A DNA stretch of 43,966 bases from Hyphomicrobiales bacterium. GTDB taxonomy: Bacteria > Pseudomonadota > Alphaproteobacteria > Rhizobiales > Aestuariivirgaceae. Positions within the stretch are counted from its first letter, which is position 1. Every line of letters starts with the position of its first letter. The notes beneath the pieces are model-generated. The model saw nothing but the letters and a program-made list of their open reading frames with translations, had not been told where the DNA came from and searched no databases. Position numbers and translations under genes: made by a program. Shown in pieces: positions 14,448 through 23,114 of the stretch. The DNA is taken from contig JAYUOP010000293.1 of NCBI GenBank assembly GCA_043760745.1, forward strand, positions 1 through 43,966, written 5' to 3'.

Positions 14448-16066
14448 TGCTGCAGTGGCGGCAATGGTTGGGAGCAGCGCCTTTGGTGCTGCTCTTTTTA
14501 TTGCCGCTGGTTTTGAGCCTTGCTTTATTAGTGCCGGGTCTGGTTGATGCGCCGTCGTTTGTGACGTTATTCAGGCATCCTCAATTTTATGGCGCATTGA
14601 AATTGACGGTGTTCACAGGTGTGCTGAGCGCAGCGCTTTCTGTTTTACTTGCCATATTTATTGTCGCACAGGCGCGGGGAAGTATTTTGCGGTCGGCAAG
14701 TGTGTTTTTGTCCGTTCCACATTTGGCGTTGGCCGTGGGTTTTGGATTTCTGATTGCACCGACGGGATTAGTCGCGCGATTAATCGCGGTTCTGTTTACA
14801 GGCTGGACTGAGCCACCCCAATGGCAGACAACGCAAGACCCGCATGGCTTGGCTTTAATTGCCGCGTTGGTTCTGAAAGAGACGCCTTTTTTAGTATGGT
14901 CATTAGCAAGCATTTTGCAGCAAGATGAATTGAGGCAAAGATTTGCGCGTGAGACTGCTGTCGCGCGGAGTTTAGGCCACGGCCCGCGATCAGCATTTTT
15001 TCGCATAGTATTGCCGCAACTTATGTCGCGTTCTGTTTGGCCGATCATTGCGGTGTTTAGTTATGGCATGACGGTGGTAGATATGGCACTGGTGATTGGG
15101 CCGACGCAACCGCCAACCCTGGCGCAATTGGTTTGGACTGATCTCAACGATGGCGATGCCATTGCCAATGCGCGCGGGAGCGCTGGCACTTTGGTGTTGA
15201 GTGGCGTGGTTGCTATTGTACTGGCTGGAGTTTGGTTAGTTTTGTCTCTCATGCGACCCATGCTGCGCCGGTGGATGACTGGAGCTGCTCGCGAAAATTC
15301 GGTGGCTGTAGGATGGCCAAAGTTGCTCTGGCCTGCTTGGACAATTTTTTATAGCTTGGTGATCGTAGCCTTAGTTGTGCAGTCGTTCTCGGCACTCTGG
15401 CCATTCCCACAATTGCTCCCCAATGATTTTTCAAGTGCAGCTTGGCTTCGCGTGTTGCGTGATGCTTCCCCGGTTTGGACGAGCATCGCTTTGGCAATGG
15501 TGAGTTGTGGTTTAGCGCTTGGTGCTGTTGTGATTTGGCTCGAAACTCAGACTAAGAATACAGATCGCGTTGTATTGCTAGCTGCAACAATAATGCTTTG
15601 TGTTCCGGCTTTGCTGGTAGCCCTCGGGCAATATCGGTTGTTGCTCAAAATCGGTGGAACGGGCACATGGTTTGGATTGATTTTCGCGCATGTGTTGCCA
15701 GTTACGGCCTATATATTTGTGATGTTGCAAGGTCCTTACCGTGCGTTTGATCCGCGTTGGCAGGCGGCGGGCAATGGACTTGGTATAGGGCGGATGCGTT
15801 TTCTTACCCGCGCAAAATGGCCGATGTTGAAAGCACCTCTCTTATCTGCACTGTCGATTGGTTTTGCGGTTTCGATGGCGCAATTTGTTGGTGCGCAATT
15901 GGCGGCGGCAGGACGATTTTCAACATTGCCAATGGAAGCGGTCACATTATCAAGCGGCGGTAACCGGGCATTGATTGCGGCCTATGCTTTAGTGCTGATG
16001 GCGGTGCCCCTGATTGCCTTCCAACTTGCAGCGGTATTTTCGCGTCCACGCTGGGGGACTGCGTGA
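14447..16066 (+). CDS. ynjC: ABC transporter permease (two fused TMDs), YnjC-like
   Basis: Highly hydrophobic. PHLALAVG, LKETPF, VVDMALVIGPTQPPTLA motifs and two EAA-like loops. ATG overlaps the upstream TGA. Confidence 0.78.
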   Translation: MLQWRQWLGAAPLVLLFLLPLVLSLALLVPGLVDAPSFVTLFRHPQFYGALKLTVFTGVLSAALSVLLAIFIVAQARGSILRSASVFLSVPHLALAVGFGFLIAPTGLVARLIAVLFTGWTEPPQWQTTQDPHGLALIAALVLKETPFLVWSLASILQQDELRQRFARETAVARSLGHGPRSAFFRIVLPQLMSRSVWPIIAVFSYGMTVVDMALVIGPTQPPTLAQLVWTDLNDGDAIANARGSAGTLVLSGVVAIVLAGVWLVLSLMRPMLRRWMTGAARENSVAVGWPKLLWPAWTIFYSLVIVALVVQSFSALWPFPQLLPNDFSSAAWLRVLRDASPVWTSIALAMVSCGLALGAVVIWLETQTKNTDRVVLLAATIMLCVPALLVALGQYRLLLKIGGTGTWFGLIFAHVLPVTAYIFVMLQGPYRAFDPRWQAAGNGLGIGRMRFLTRAKWPMLKAPLLSALSIGFAVSMAQFVGAQLAAAGRFSTLPMEAVTLSSGGNRALIAAYALVLMAVPLIAFQLAAVFSRPRWGTA

Positions 16067-16710
16067 TGTTAGAACTCATTGATGTCACTCTGTCGATTGA
16101 TGAGCGCGTTTTGGTGCAGCCGTTCTCGCTATCGATTGCAGCCGGCGAGATCGTGACGCTGATGGGTCCAAGTGGCTGTGGTAAGTCGTCGATTTTATCA
16201 TACATTGGTGGTGACTTGGCTGATAGTTTTGTTAACAAAGGTAATGTGGTTCTGAACGGGAAGCCTGTACTGGTATTGCAACCTGAACACCGGAGAATTG
16301 GCCGTTTGTTTCAGGATGATTTTTTATTCCCGCATATGACGGTTGCCGAGAACCTGTTGTTCGCTGTGCCGCGCTTGCCGCAAGCAGAACGCATGGCAAT
16401 GGTGGCAATTGCCCTTGAGCGGGCTGATCTCGCAAGTTTTGGCGACCGACCACCGCATACGCTATCTGGCGGGCAGCGCCAGCGGGTTGCGTTGATGCGG
16501 ACGCTCCTCGCCAAGCCTGCGGCTATTCTTTTGGATGAACCATTTTCGAAGCTCGATAAAAATTTGCGGGGGCAGATGCGCGATTATGTTTTCAGCCATA
16601 TCAAAGCGCGCAATATTCCAGCGCTGCTGGTTACTCATGATCGAGATGACGCGCCAAAAGGTGGCAGAGTGTTTATGATTTCAGCAGAAGGCAACGTCAC
16701 CCATGTTTGA
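16063..16710 (+). CDS. ynjD: ABC transporter ATP-binding protein, YnjD-like
   Basis: Walker A GPSGCGKS, signature LSGGQ, Walker B LLDEPF, H-loop VTHD. Short (215 aa). Confidence 0.85.
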   Translation: MMLELIDVTLSIDERVLVQPFSLSIAAGEIVTLMGPSGCGKSSILSYIGGDLADSFVNKGNVVLNGKPVLVLQPEHRRIGRLFQDDFLFPHMTVAENLLFAVPRLPQAERMAMVAIALERADLASFGDRPPHTLSGGQRQRVALMRTLLAKPAAILLDEPFSKLDKNLRGQMRDYVFSHIKARNIPALLVTHDRDDAPKGGRVFMISAEGNVTHV

Positions 16711-17320
16711 CCGCTATGCATTAGCCTTCAGCAAAACTGCGGTAGACCGAATTGCAATTACACTACGCAAACTTGGCTGCAGCGCTGATGGCATCAGTTT
16801 CACTGCCTTTGGATTTGGTGTGGCAGCGGCGGGTTTGATTGCCACCGGGCACTTTATGCTCGCATTGATGCCGCTTCTCATTGGCCGGTTGTTAGATGGC
16901 TTGGATGGCGCCGTTGCGCGCTTAGGAAAACCCACTGATCGCGGCGCATTTCTTGATATCAGTTTGGATTTCTTATTTTATGCCAGTATCCCGCTGGCCT
17001 TTGCAATCGCAAACCCGACGCAAAACGCGCTCGCAGGGGCCGTACTTCTGGCTGCTTTTGTTGGTACCGGATCGAGCTTTTTGGCTTATGCAATTATTGC
17101 CGAAAAACGCGGGGATAAAAGCACTGCCTACCCATCCAAGTCATTCTATTATCTTGGCGGGTTAACGGAGGGCAGCGAGACGATTGCCTGTTTTGTAAGC
17201 ATGGTGATTTGGCCGGAATATTTTCCAATCATTGCTTACGGCTATACTGCTTTGTGTTGCATTACCATCCTTACACGGATCATTGCGGGTTGGCAGGCGT
17301 TTGCGCCACCAAAAGATTAA
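16703..17320 (+). CDS. ynjF: CDP-alcohol phosphatidyltransferase family protein, YnjF-like
   Basis: Motif DGLDGAVAR-x7-G-x3-D-x3-D and KSFYYLGGLTEGSET typical of YnjF. Overlaps the end of ynjD. Confidence 0.82.
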   Translation: MFDRYALAFSKTAVDRIAITLRKLGCSADGISFTAFGFGVAAAGLIATGHFMLALMPLLIGRLLDGLDGAVARLGKPTDRGAFLDISLDFLFYASIPLAFAIANPTQNALAGAVLLAAFVGTGSSFLAYAIIAEKRGDKSTAYPSKSFYYLGGLTEGSETIACFVSMVIWPEYFPIIAYGYTALCCITILTRIIAGWQAFAPPKD

Positions 17321-17360
17321 CAGTTGTTCATAAAAAACTTTTGCTTTGCCCAAAATAATT

Positions 17361-17389
17361 CTTGATTGCGACATAAGAATCCATCATAT
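17361..17389 (+). promoter_or_regulatory. Sigma70-type promoter for the odc leader
   Basis: CTTGAT-N17-TCATAT matches the rhizobial consensus CTTGAC-N17-CTATAT, just upstream of the conserved leader. Confidence 0.6.
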
Positions 17390-17407
17390 GCAGCTCTGCC
17401 CAATGTC

Positions 17408-17560
17408 GCACGTGCCGCTAAGGACTTCCCTAAAGCAACGACGGTGAGGGCTTCTTCGTCTCTTTCGGTTTTCCATCAACCGAGGGTCTCCTAGAGGCAC
17501 CACTTTCCTGCCAGCAGCGCGACCGGGCTTTCCCGATCAAACCAAGGCGACACCAGTTAG
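17408..17560 (+). ncRNA. speF leader / alpha-r45-like cis-regulatory RNA upstream of ornithine decarboxylase
   Basis: GCACGTGCCGCTA...AAAGCAACGACGG and downstream AAACCAAGGCG resemble, from memory, the alphaproteobacterial speF motif. Hairpins at 17462-17486 and 17524-17535. Lies 5' of odc. The 3' boundary is approximate. Confidence 0.7.
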
Positions 17561-17648
17561 TATCTTCTTGTGTTCACGTCTCCATCGCGTGTTACTCGAA
17601 CGAATACTCATCTGCTCATTGCAACCTTTGATTTCGGGAGTTTACCCC

Positions 17649-18785
17649 ATGGCCGCTACTGCTCGCATTATTGACTTTCTTCGTGATAACAAGCCAGAAG
17701 GCCCATGCCTTGTGGTTGATCTCGATGTGATCGCAGATAATTTTGCGACCTTTCGCAATGCCATGCCTGACACCCGGATTTTTTATGCCGTGAAAGCAAA
17801 TCCAGCACCAGAAATCTTGGCATTGCTGGCGTCTAAGGGCTCATGTTTTGACACTGCTTCGGTTGTGGAAGCGAAAATGGCATTGGCTGCTGGTGCTACT
17901 CCGGACCGGATTTCATTTGGCAATACCATCAAGAAAGAGCGCGATATTGCCGCAGCGCATGAGCTTGGCATTTCGCTATTTGCCGTGGATTGCATTGAAG
18001 AAGTTGAAAAAGTGGCCCGTGCGGCACCCGGTGCGCGCGTATTCTGCCGGATTTTAACAGATGGTTCGGGCGCCGAATGGCCGTTAAGCCGTAAATTTGG
18101 TTGCGATCCAGCAATGGCGAAGGATGTGCTTGTGCATGCTCATGCGCTTGGTCTTGGTGCTTATGGCATTTCCTTCCATGTGGGATCGCAGCAAACCCGC
18201 CTTGGTGCTTGGGATGGCGCTCTCGGCGAAGCCAAAGCAATCTTTGACGAGTTGGCCGCCGTTGGCATTCAATTGTCCATGGTGAATTTGGGTGGTGGAT
18301 TTCCAACCAAGTATCTCAAAGCCGTTCCCGGCACTTCGAGCTATGCAAATGCCATTCAAGATGCACTTGCCAAGCACTTTGGCAATGCCATTCCTGAAAC
18401 CATTATTGAACCCGGCCGCGGCATGGTTGGCAATGCAGGTGTTATCAAAGCCGAAGTGGTTTTAGTATCCAAGAAGCATGCCAACGACAATTTGCGCTGG
18501 GTCTATTTGGACATTGGTAAATTTGGTGGCTTGGCAGAAACCATGGATGAAGCGATTCGCTATCCGATCGTGACGACGCGCGATCACGACGCCAAAGCAC
18601 CTTGCGTGATTGCAGGCCCAACTTGCGATTCGGCTGATGTGCTCTATGAGAAGACACCTTATGATTTGCCGTTGACCTTGCAGGTTGGCGATGAGGTGTT
18701 GATCGAAGCCTGTGGTGCTTACACCACGACTTATGCTTCGGTTGCGTTCAATGGCTTCCCGCCATTGGTCTCATACGTCATCTAA
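17649..18785 (+). CDS. odc: Ornithine (lysine/ornithine) decarboxylase, fold-type III PLP enzyme
   Basis: FYAVKAN PLP lysine, SFHVGSQ, GGGFP, EPGR, GPTCDS. ATG 17649 after GGGAG. Confidence 0.92.
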   Translation: MAATARIIDFLRDNKPEGPCLVVDLDVIADNFATFRNAMPDTRIFYAVKANPAPEILALLASKGSCFDTASVVEAKMALAAGATPDRISFGNTIKKERDIAAAHELGISLFAVDCIEEVEKVARAAPGARVFCRILTDGSGAEWPLSRKFGCDPAMAKDVLVHAHALGLGAYGISFHVGSQQTRLGAWDGALGEAKAIFDELAAVGIQLSMVNLGGGFPTKYLKAVPGTSSYANAIQDALAKHFGNAIPETIIEPGRGMVGNAGVIKAEVVLVSKKHANDNLRWVYLDIGKFGGLAETMDEAIRYPIVTTRDHDAKAPCVIAGPTCDSADVLYEKTPYDLPLTLQVGDEVLIEACGAYTTTYASVAFNGFPPLVSYVI

Positions 18786-18830
18786 AACTTCACAACTCCG
18801 CTCACAATTCTCTTCTTTTGGGAGGCCCCT

Positions 18831-19367
18831 ATGGTCACCATTCGTGATGAACTTGTTTCTGATTTCCGCGCGCGTGAAGCTTTGCTCAATTGCAGCTTTG
18901 GTGCGGCTCGGTTTCGTAAAACTTCGGAGCGCCTACGGGAAAACCGTTTGCCCGCCGAAGGTTTGGCCTTCGTCGCTGTCGGTAGTAACGGCCGCATGAT
19001 TGGTACAGTACGGCTGTGGTCAATCATTGCGGGCTCAGCTGGCCCTGCCCTGTTGCTTGGTCCATTGGCGGTTGATAGCACGCAGCAAAAAAATGGTGTT
19101 GGTCGCGCATTGATGGAACGTGCCTTGGCGACAGCGCAAGTGTTGGGCCATGAAGCTGTTTTGCTCGTGGGCGACGCGCCATATTACAGCCGCTTTGGAT
19201 TCAATCTCAGCTTAACTCGCGAATTGCACTTGCCGGGCCCGGTTGATCGGTCGCGCTTTATGGGGTTAGAATTTCGCGTTGGCGCACTTGATGGCGCTAA
19301 AGGCTTGGTCATGGCGGCAGGTGCTTTGACGAAAGTCAGCAAAGCTGCAGTACGCAACGCTGCTTAA
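18831..19367 (+). CDS. GNAT family N-acetyltransferase (YhbS-like)
   Basis: LLGPLAV, QKNGVG acetyl-CoA loop, LLVGDAPYYSRFGF. SD GGAGG. Confidence 0.85.
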   Translation: MVTIRDELVSDFRAREALLNCSFGAARFRKTSERLRENRLPAEGLAFVAVGSNGRMIGTVRLWSIIAGSAGPALLLGPLAVDSTQQKNGVGRALMERALATAQVLGHEAVLLVGDAPYYSRFGFNLSLTRELHLPGPVDRSRFMGLEFRVGALDGAKGLVMAAGALTKVSKAAVRNAA

Positions 19368-20785
19368 TTTTCGTTCCAAGCCTTGGCGCGGGACACCGCT
19401 TTGGCAAACTTAATGTGATTTTCGCGCGCGCGAGGGCGGTCAGGTGAAATGACCATCTTGGACGCTGGTAAGTTTGGCACATTCTTTTGGCCAACACCTA
19501 TCAGCGCCATGCGGGCGGTACCAAGGGCGGTAATATCAGTTGTTCCGGCCACCCGGATTTCACAGCCAATTGCTTCGGCTAAGAACTTTACGAAGTAAGG
19601 GTTTTGCGCTAGGCCGCCATCAATCGAGAGTGTTTTGATCGGACCTGTTTCTACAGATATCGCATCGATCACTTCGGCTGACCGCAGACCAATGCCTTCC
19701 AGAATACTTTGCATGAGGTCTTTCTTAGTGGTGTTGAGGCCCATGCCGATCCACAAGCCAGATGCGCTCCGATCCCAATGTGGGCAGGCCAAACCGGACA
19801 ACGCTGGCACAAAAACCAACCCACGCGAAATTGCACTGGATACTTCAAAACTATTGATCTCGGCATAGTCATTGAAAAGTCCAAGGCTTTTGGCCCAATT
19901 CACTGCCGAGGCTGCATTGTAAACGCCACCTTCCAGCGCATATTGCTGGCGTTGATTTTTGAGCGCCCACGCAATGGTGGCCGAAAGACCACTCGTCGTT
20001 GTTGCGGATCGGACCGCGCCGGAAATTGCCAAAGCGAATGCGCCGGTACCAAAGGTCATTTTGGCGTCACCCGGCTTTTCACAACCGTGACCAAAAAGGG
20101 CGGCTTGCTGATCGACAAGATTGGCAGTGATTGGAGTTTTTCCAATTATGCCAAAGTAACCCGTGGTGGACCGAATCTCTGGCAAGCATTCGCGTGGGAT
20201 TTTGAATAGCGCGCAGAGATCATCATCCCATTGGCAAGTATCCACATTCATCAGCGAGGTGCGGGACGCGGTCGTAACGTCGGTCGCAAATTCACCCGTT
20301 AGACTATCTAGGAAAAATGCATCGCTGGTTCCAAGACGCAAGCGTCTTTGTGATAGAAGTATTTTTGCTTCGGGAACGTGATCAATAATCCAGCGCATTT
20401 TGCTGGCGGAAAAATAGGGGTCAAGGGCGAGCCCTGCGCGGTTTAGCGTCAACTCTTCTGCACCATCGGATTTTAGTTTCGCGATCACATCGCTGGTCCG
20501 CGAATCTTGCCAAACAATGGCGTTGTAAATTGGGCGTTTGCTCTGCGCGTTCCAAGCCATAATGGTTTCGCCTTGATTGTCGATGCCAACCGCATCAACA
20601 GCACCCGCCGCAGCGATACATGATTTTAGGTGCGCCAGAAGTTCTAAAGGATCATGCTCAACCCAACCTGCTTGTGGATAGATTTGCGTATGTTCAAATT
20701 TTGCAACTGCTTGGAAATTTCCATTCACGTCATAAGTGAAAGCCTTGGTTCCCGTGGTGCCTTGATCGATTGCAAGTACTTTCAT
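19364..20785 (-). CDS. FGGY-family carbohydrate kinase, divergent glycerol kinase-like
   Basis: IDQGTT, GWVEHDP, WQDSRT, DPYFSASK, DQQAALFG, GTGAF, IDGG. ATG 20785 overlaps the upstream stop (ATGA). Has NQGET where GlpK has NQRET. Confidence 0.85.
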   Translation of the reverse strand: MKVLAIDQGTTGTKAFTYDVNGNFQAVAKFEHTQIYPQAGWVEHDPLELLAHLKSCIAAAGAVDAVGIDNQGETIMAWNAQSKRPIYNAIVWQDSRTSDVIAKLKSDGAEELTLNRAGLALDPYFSASKMRWIIDHVPEAKILLSQRRLRLGTSDAFFLDSLTGEFATDVTTASRTSLMNVDTCQWDDDLCALFKIPRECLPEIRSTTGYFGIIGKTPITANLVDQQAALFGHGCEKPGDAKMTFGTGAFALAISGAVRSATTTSGLSATIAWALKNQRQQYALEGGVYNAASAVNWAKSLGLFNDYAEINSFEVSSAISRGLVFVPALSGLACPHWDRSASGLWIGMGLNTTKKDLMQSILEGIGLRSAEVIDAISVETGPIKTLSIDGGLAQNPYFVKFLAEAIGCEIRVAGTTDITALGTARMALIGVGQKNVPNLPASKMVISPDRPRARENHIKFAKAVSRAKAWNEN

Positions 20786-21702
20786 ACCAGATCTTTCAAT
20801 ATGGCTTCGGCTGCGGCCTTGCCTTGGACCGCGCAAGAACCAGCTGTTTTAAGATTCCCAAGCAAATTTCCTGCCGCAAATATTTTAGGATTACTGGTGC
20901 GGAAATTCTCAAAAATCCGTGGCGCTTCGCCATCGCGCTGTAAAAATCCACCCGCGTAAAGGGACGATTCTGGTCTGAGCTTTCCGGTGACGATGACGCC
21001 GTCACAGGTAATCAAACGGCTAGATCCATTGGTTTCAACTTCAACCGCTTCAACGGCTTTGCCGCCAATGATGCGGAGGAGTCTTGTGTTGGTTGAAATG
21101 CCAACACTGAACACCATTTTCGCCCCAATACGGAAAATCTGCGGCGCTTCTGGCTTGAAATTTTCTTCGATCATACAGGCAGGTTTAATGCCAGCATGAC
21201 GGCAGGTCATGAGAGCTGAGTAGGACACCCACTCGCTGCCAATGATGACAGGTCGCAAGAATGGTCGATGGTTTTGTTGATAGACCATTTGCTGCAAAGT
21301 TCCGGTGTTGATAACACCAGATGGCTTGCCCCCCCCGATCAGGCGACTGGCGCGCGAAGATTCACGCGCTCCCATGGCCAACAAAATGCGGTCAGCACTG
21401 AGTTCGGAAATTCCTGCCGCGGAATGAATGCGCATCGAGCCACGCAAAGTAAACTCCAAAACAGTTGTCGCTGTACGCACGTCTAATCCCTCGCGCAGAA
21501 CGTTAGCATATTTTGGTCCAGTCATCAGGCGGCGGTGGCTTTCCCAACCAAAACCCCAATGACCGCAATGACGCGGGATGCCGCCAGCTTCGACCTCACG
21601 CTCTAAAACCACAACATCATTCAGGCCTTGCGCCTTCAAATGTCGGGCAGCACTGAGGCCAGTTGGCCCTGCACCAATGATCACCACTTTATGGTTCTGC
21701 AT
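20782..21702 (-). CDS. NAD(P)/FAD-dependent oxidoreductase (pyridine nucleotide-disulfide family)
   Basis: GAGPTG Rossmann motif, GGIPRHCGHWGFG, LAMGARE, FAAGN. Confidence 0.8.
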   Translation of the reverse strand: MQNHKVVIIGAGPTGLSAARHLKAQGLNDVVVLEREVEAGGIPRHCGHWGFGWESHRRLMTGPKYANVLREGLDVRTATTVLEFTLRGSMRIHSAAGISELSADRILLAMGARESSRASRLIGGGKPSGVINTGTLQQMVYQQNHRPFLRPVIIGSEWVSYSALMTCRHAGIKPACMIEENFKPEAPQIFRIGAKMVFSVGISTNTRLLRIIGGKAVEAVEVETNGSSRLITCDGVIVTGKLRPESSLYAGGFLQRDGEAPRIFENFRTSNPKIFAAGNLLGNLKTAGSCAVQGKAAAEAILKDLV

Positions 21703-23047
21703 TTTGGCTCACATCGAAAATGGACTGGAGTTCAGCGCCGCAATAAAATCCTTGGCAACGGCCAAGCCCAGCGCGGGTTCGGCGCTTTAGACCACTGAGA
21801 TTTCCAGCGGGTAGTGCGCCTTCGCAAGCTGCAGCAATTTCGCTGCGGGTAACCCATTCGCAATGGCAAATAATTTCGCCACCGCGCATGTAAGGACGGA
21901 TCGAGTGTTCAGCGAGATTCGGCACTGGCGTCCAGATCGGCGCTGGTTCTTTCTTCGGAAGTTTGCCAAAGTTCTTAGCGTAGAGTTTTGCCACGTATTG
22001 GGCAATGCCGAGGCTAGCGGTCAAACCCGTTGAACGGATGCCTGAGACCGTGATCCAATTTTGGTCGGCGAGCGCCTCAATGATGTAATTTTTGTGTTCC
22101 GTGGCGGGGCGTAACCCGGCATAAATCGCAGTGACGCCCACATCTTTTAGCTCCGGGATCATCGTGATGGCGCGGTCTTTTAATGACTGGAGCGTGGCTT
22201 CATCGCAAGATGCGTTTTCCCGTTCTTCGGTTTCTTCCGCTGTCGGGCCAATGGCAAGATTGCCGAAAATCGTAGGGAATAAAACGACACCTTTGGTGCG
22301 CTCTGTGGGTACTGGCAAAATAATGGCGCGGGCGCGTTTGGCGGCAGGTTTATCGAAGACCACAAATTGCCCTTTGCGCGGTTTTATGGTGAATGGACTG
22401 GGGCGCGCAATGGCCTCCACCAAGTCACCAAATAATCCCGCAGCGTTGATCACTAGGCTTGCAACAACTTCACCAGCCTTGCTGGCAATTTTCCATTCGC
22501 CGTTTGCGAATTCTGCCCCCATAACCTCGGCATTGCGCATGATCACTGCGCCATGGGCGATGGCTTGGTGCGCATAGGCCAAAGGTGCTGACCATGGATC
22601 AATGACATTTTCACCGGGCACGAGCACTGCGGCTTTGGCTTCGCGCGAGAGCTTAGGTTCTTTCACGCGCAGTTCGGTTTGCGAAATCTGTCTAACATCA
22701 GCCACGCCATTGGCATGGGCTTTGACAACGATTGCAGGCAAGGCCGCAACTTCATCATCAGTCCACGCGGTAACCAAAGCCGCGGTTTCAAGCAGAGGTA
22801 AATTTAGCTTTTGGCGGATTGTTAAATATTCAGCGTAACCTGCTTGCATGCAGGAAAGCTCGATGCTTTTTGGCGGCGCGTCAAAACCCGTGTGCAACAA
22901 TGCGCTATTGCCTTTTGACGCACCAGTTAAAACATCAGCACCTTTTTCGAAAAGAACGCAAGATAAGCCCGCCATCGAAAAACGACGCAGAACCGCCAAC
23001 CCCACAACGCCGCCGCCAATAATTGCAATATCGAATCTCTTGCCCAT
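21689..23047 (-). CDS. FAD-dependent oxidoreductase (GlpA/LhgO-like, DAO family) with C-terminal BFD-like [2Fe-2S] domain
   Basis: GGGVVG, NSALLHTG, INAAGL, YAGLRP, GIRSTGLTAS. C-terminal CHCE...RTRAGLGRCQGFYC. Confidence 0.83.
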   Translation of the reverse strand: MGKRFDIAIIGGGVVGLAVLRRFSMAGLSCVLFEKGADVLTGASKGNSALLHTGFDAPPKSIELSCMQAGYAEYLTIRQKLNLPLLETAALVTAWTDDEVAALPAIVVKAHANGVADVRQISQTELRVKEPKLSREAKAAVLVPGENVIDPWSAPLAYAHQAIAHGAVIMRNAEVMGAEFANGEWKIASKAGEVVASLVINAAGLFGDLVEAIARPSPFTIKPRKGQFVVFDKPAAKRARAIILPVPTERTKGVVLFPTIFGNLAIGPTAEETEERENASCDEATLQSLKDRAITMIPELKDVGVTAIYAGLRPATEHKNYIIEALADQNWITVSGIRSTGLTASLGIAQYVAKLYAKNFGKLPKKEPAPIWTPVPNLAEHSIRPYMRGGEIICHCEWVTRSEIAAACEGALPAGNLSGLKRRTRAGLGRCQGFYCGAELQSIFDVSQNAEP

Positions 23048-23064
23048 GGTTCACACTATCGCAC

Positions 23065-23094
23065 AAAAAAAAGGGCGACCAAAAGGCCGCCCTT
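23065..23094 (-). terminator. Rho-independent terminator downstream of the amino-acid permease
   Basis: Minus-strand AAGGGCGGCC-UUUU-GGUCGCCCUU followed by U6. Confidence 0.8.
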
Positions 23095-23114
23095 CACTAT
23101 TTTTTAGTTTAAAC

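Noticed and set aside
17568-17648. TTG-started N-terminal extension of odc
   Set aside because: It lies in the leader region. SD GGGAG supports ATG 17649.
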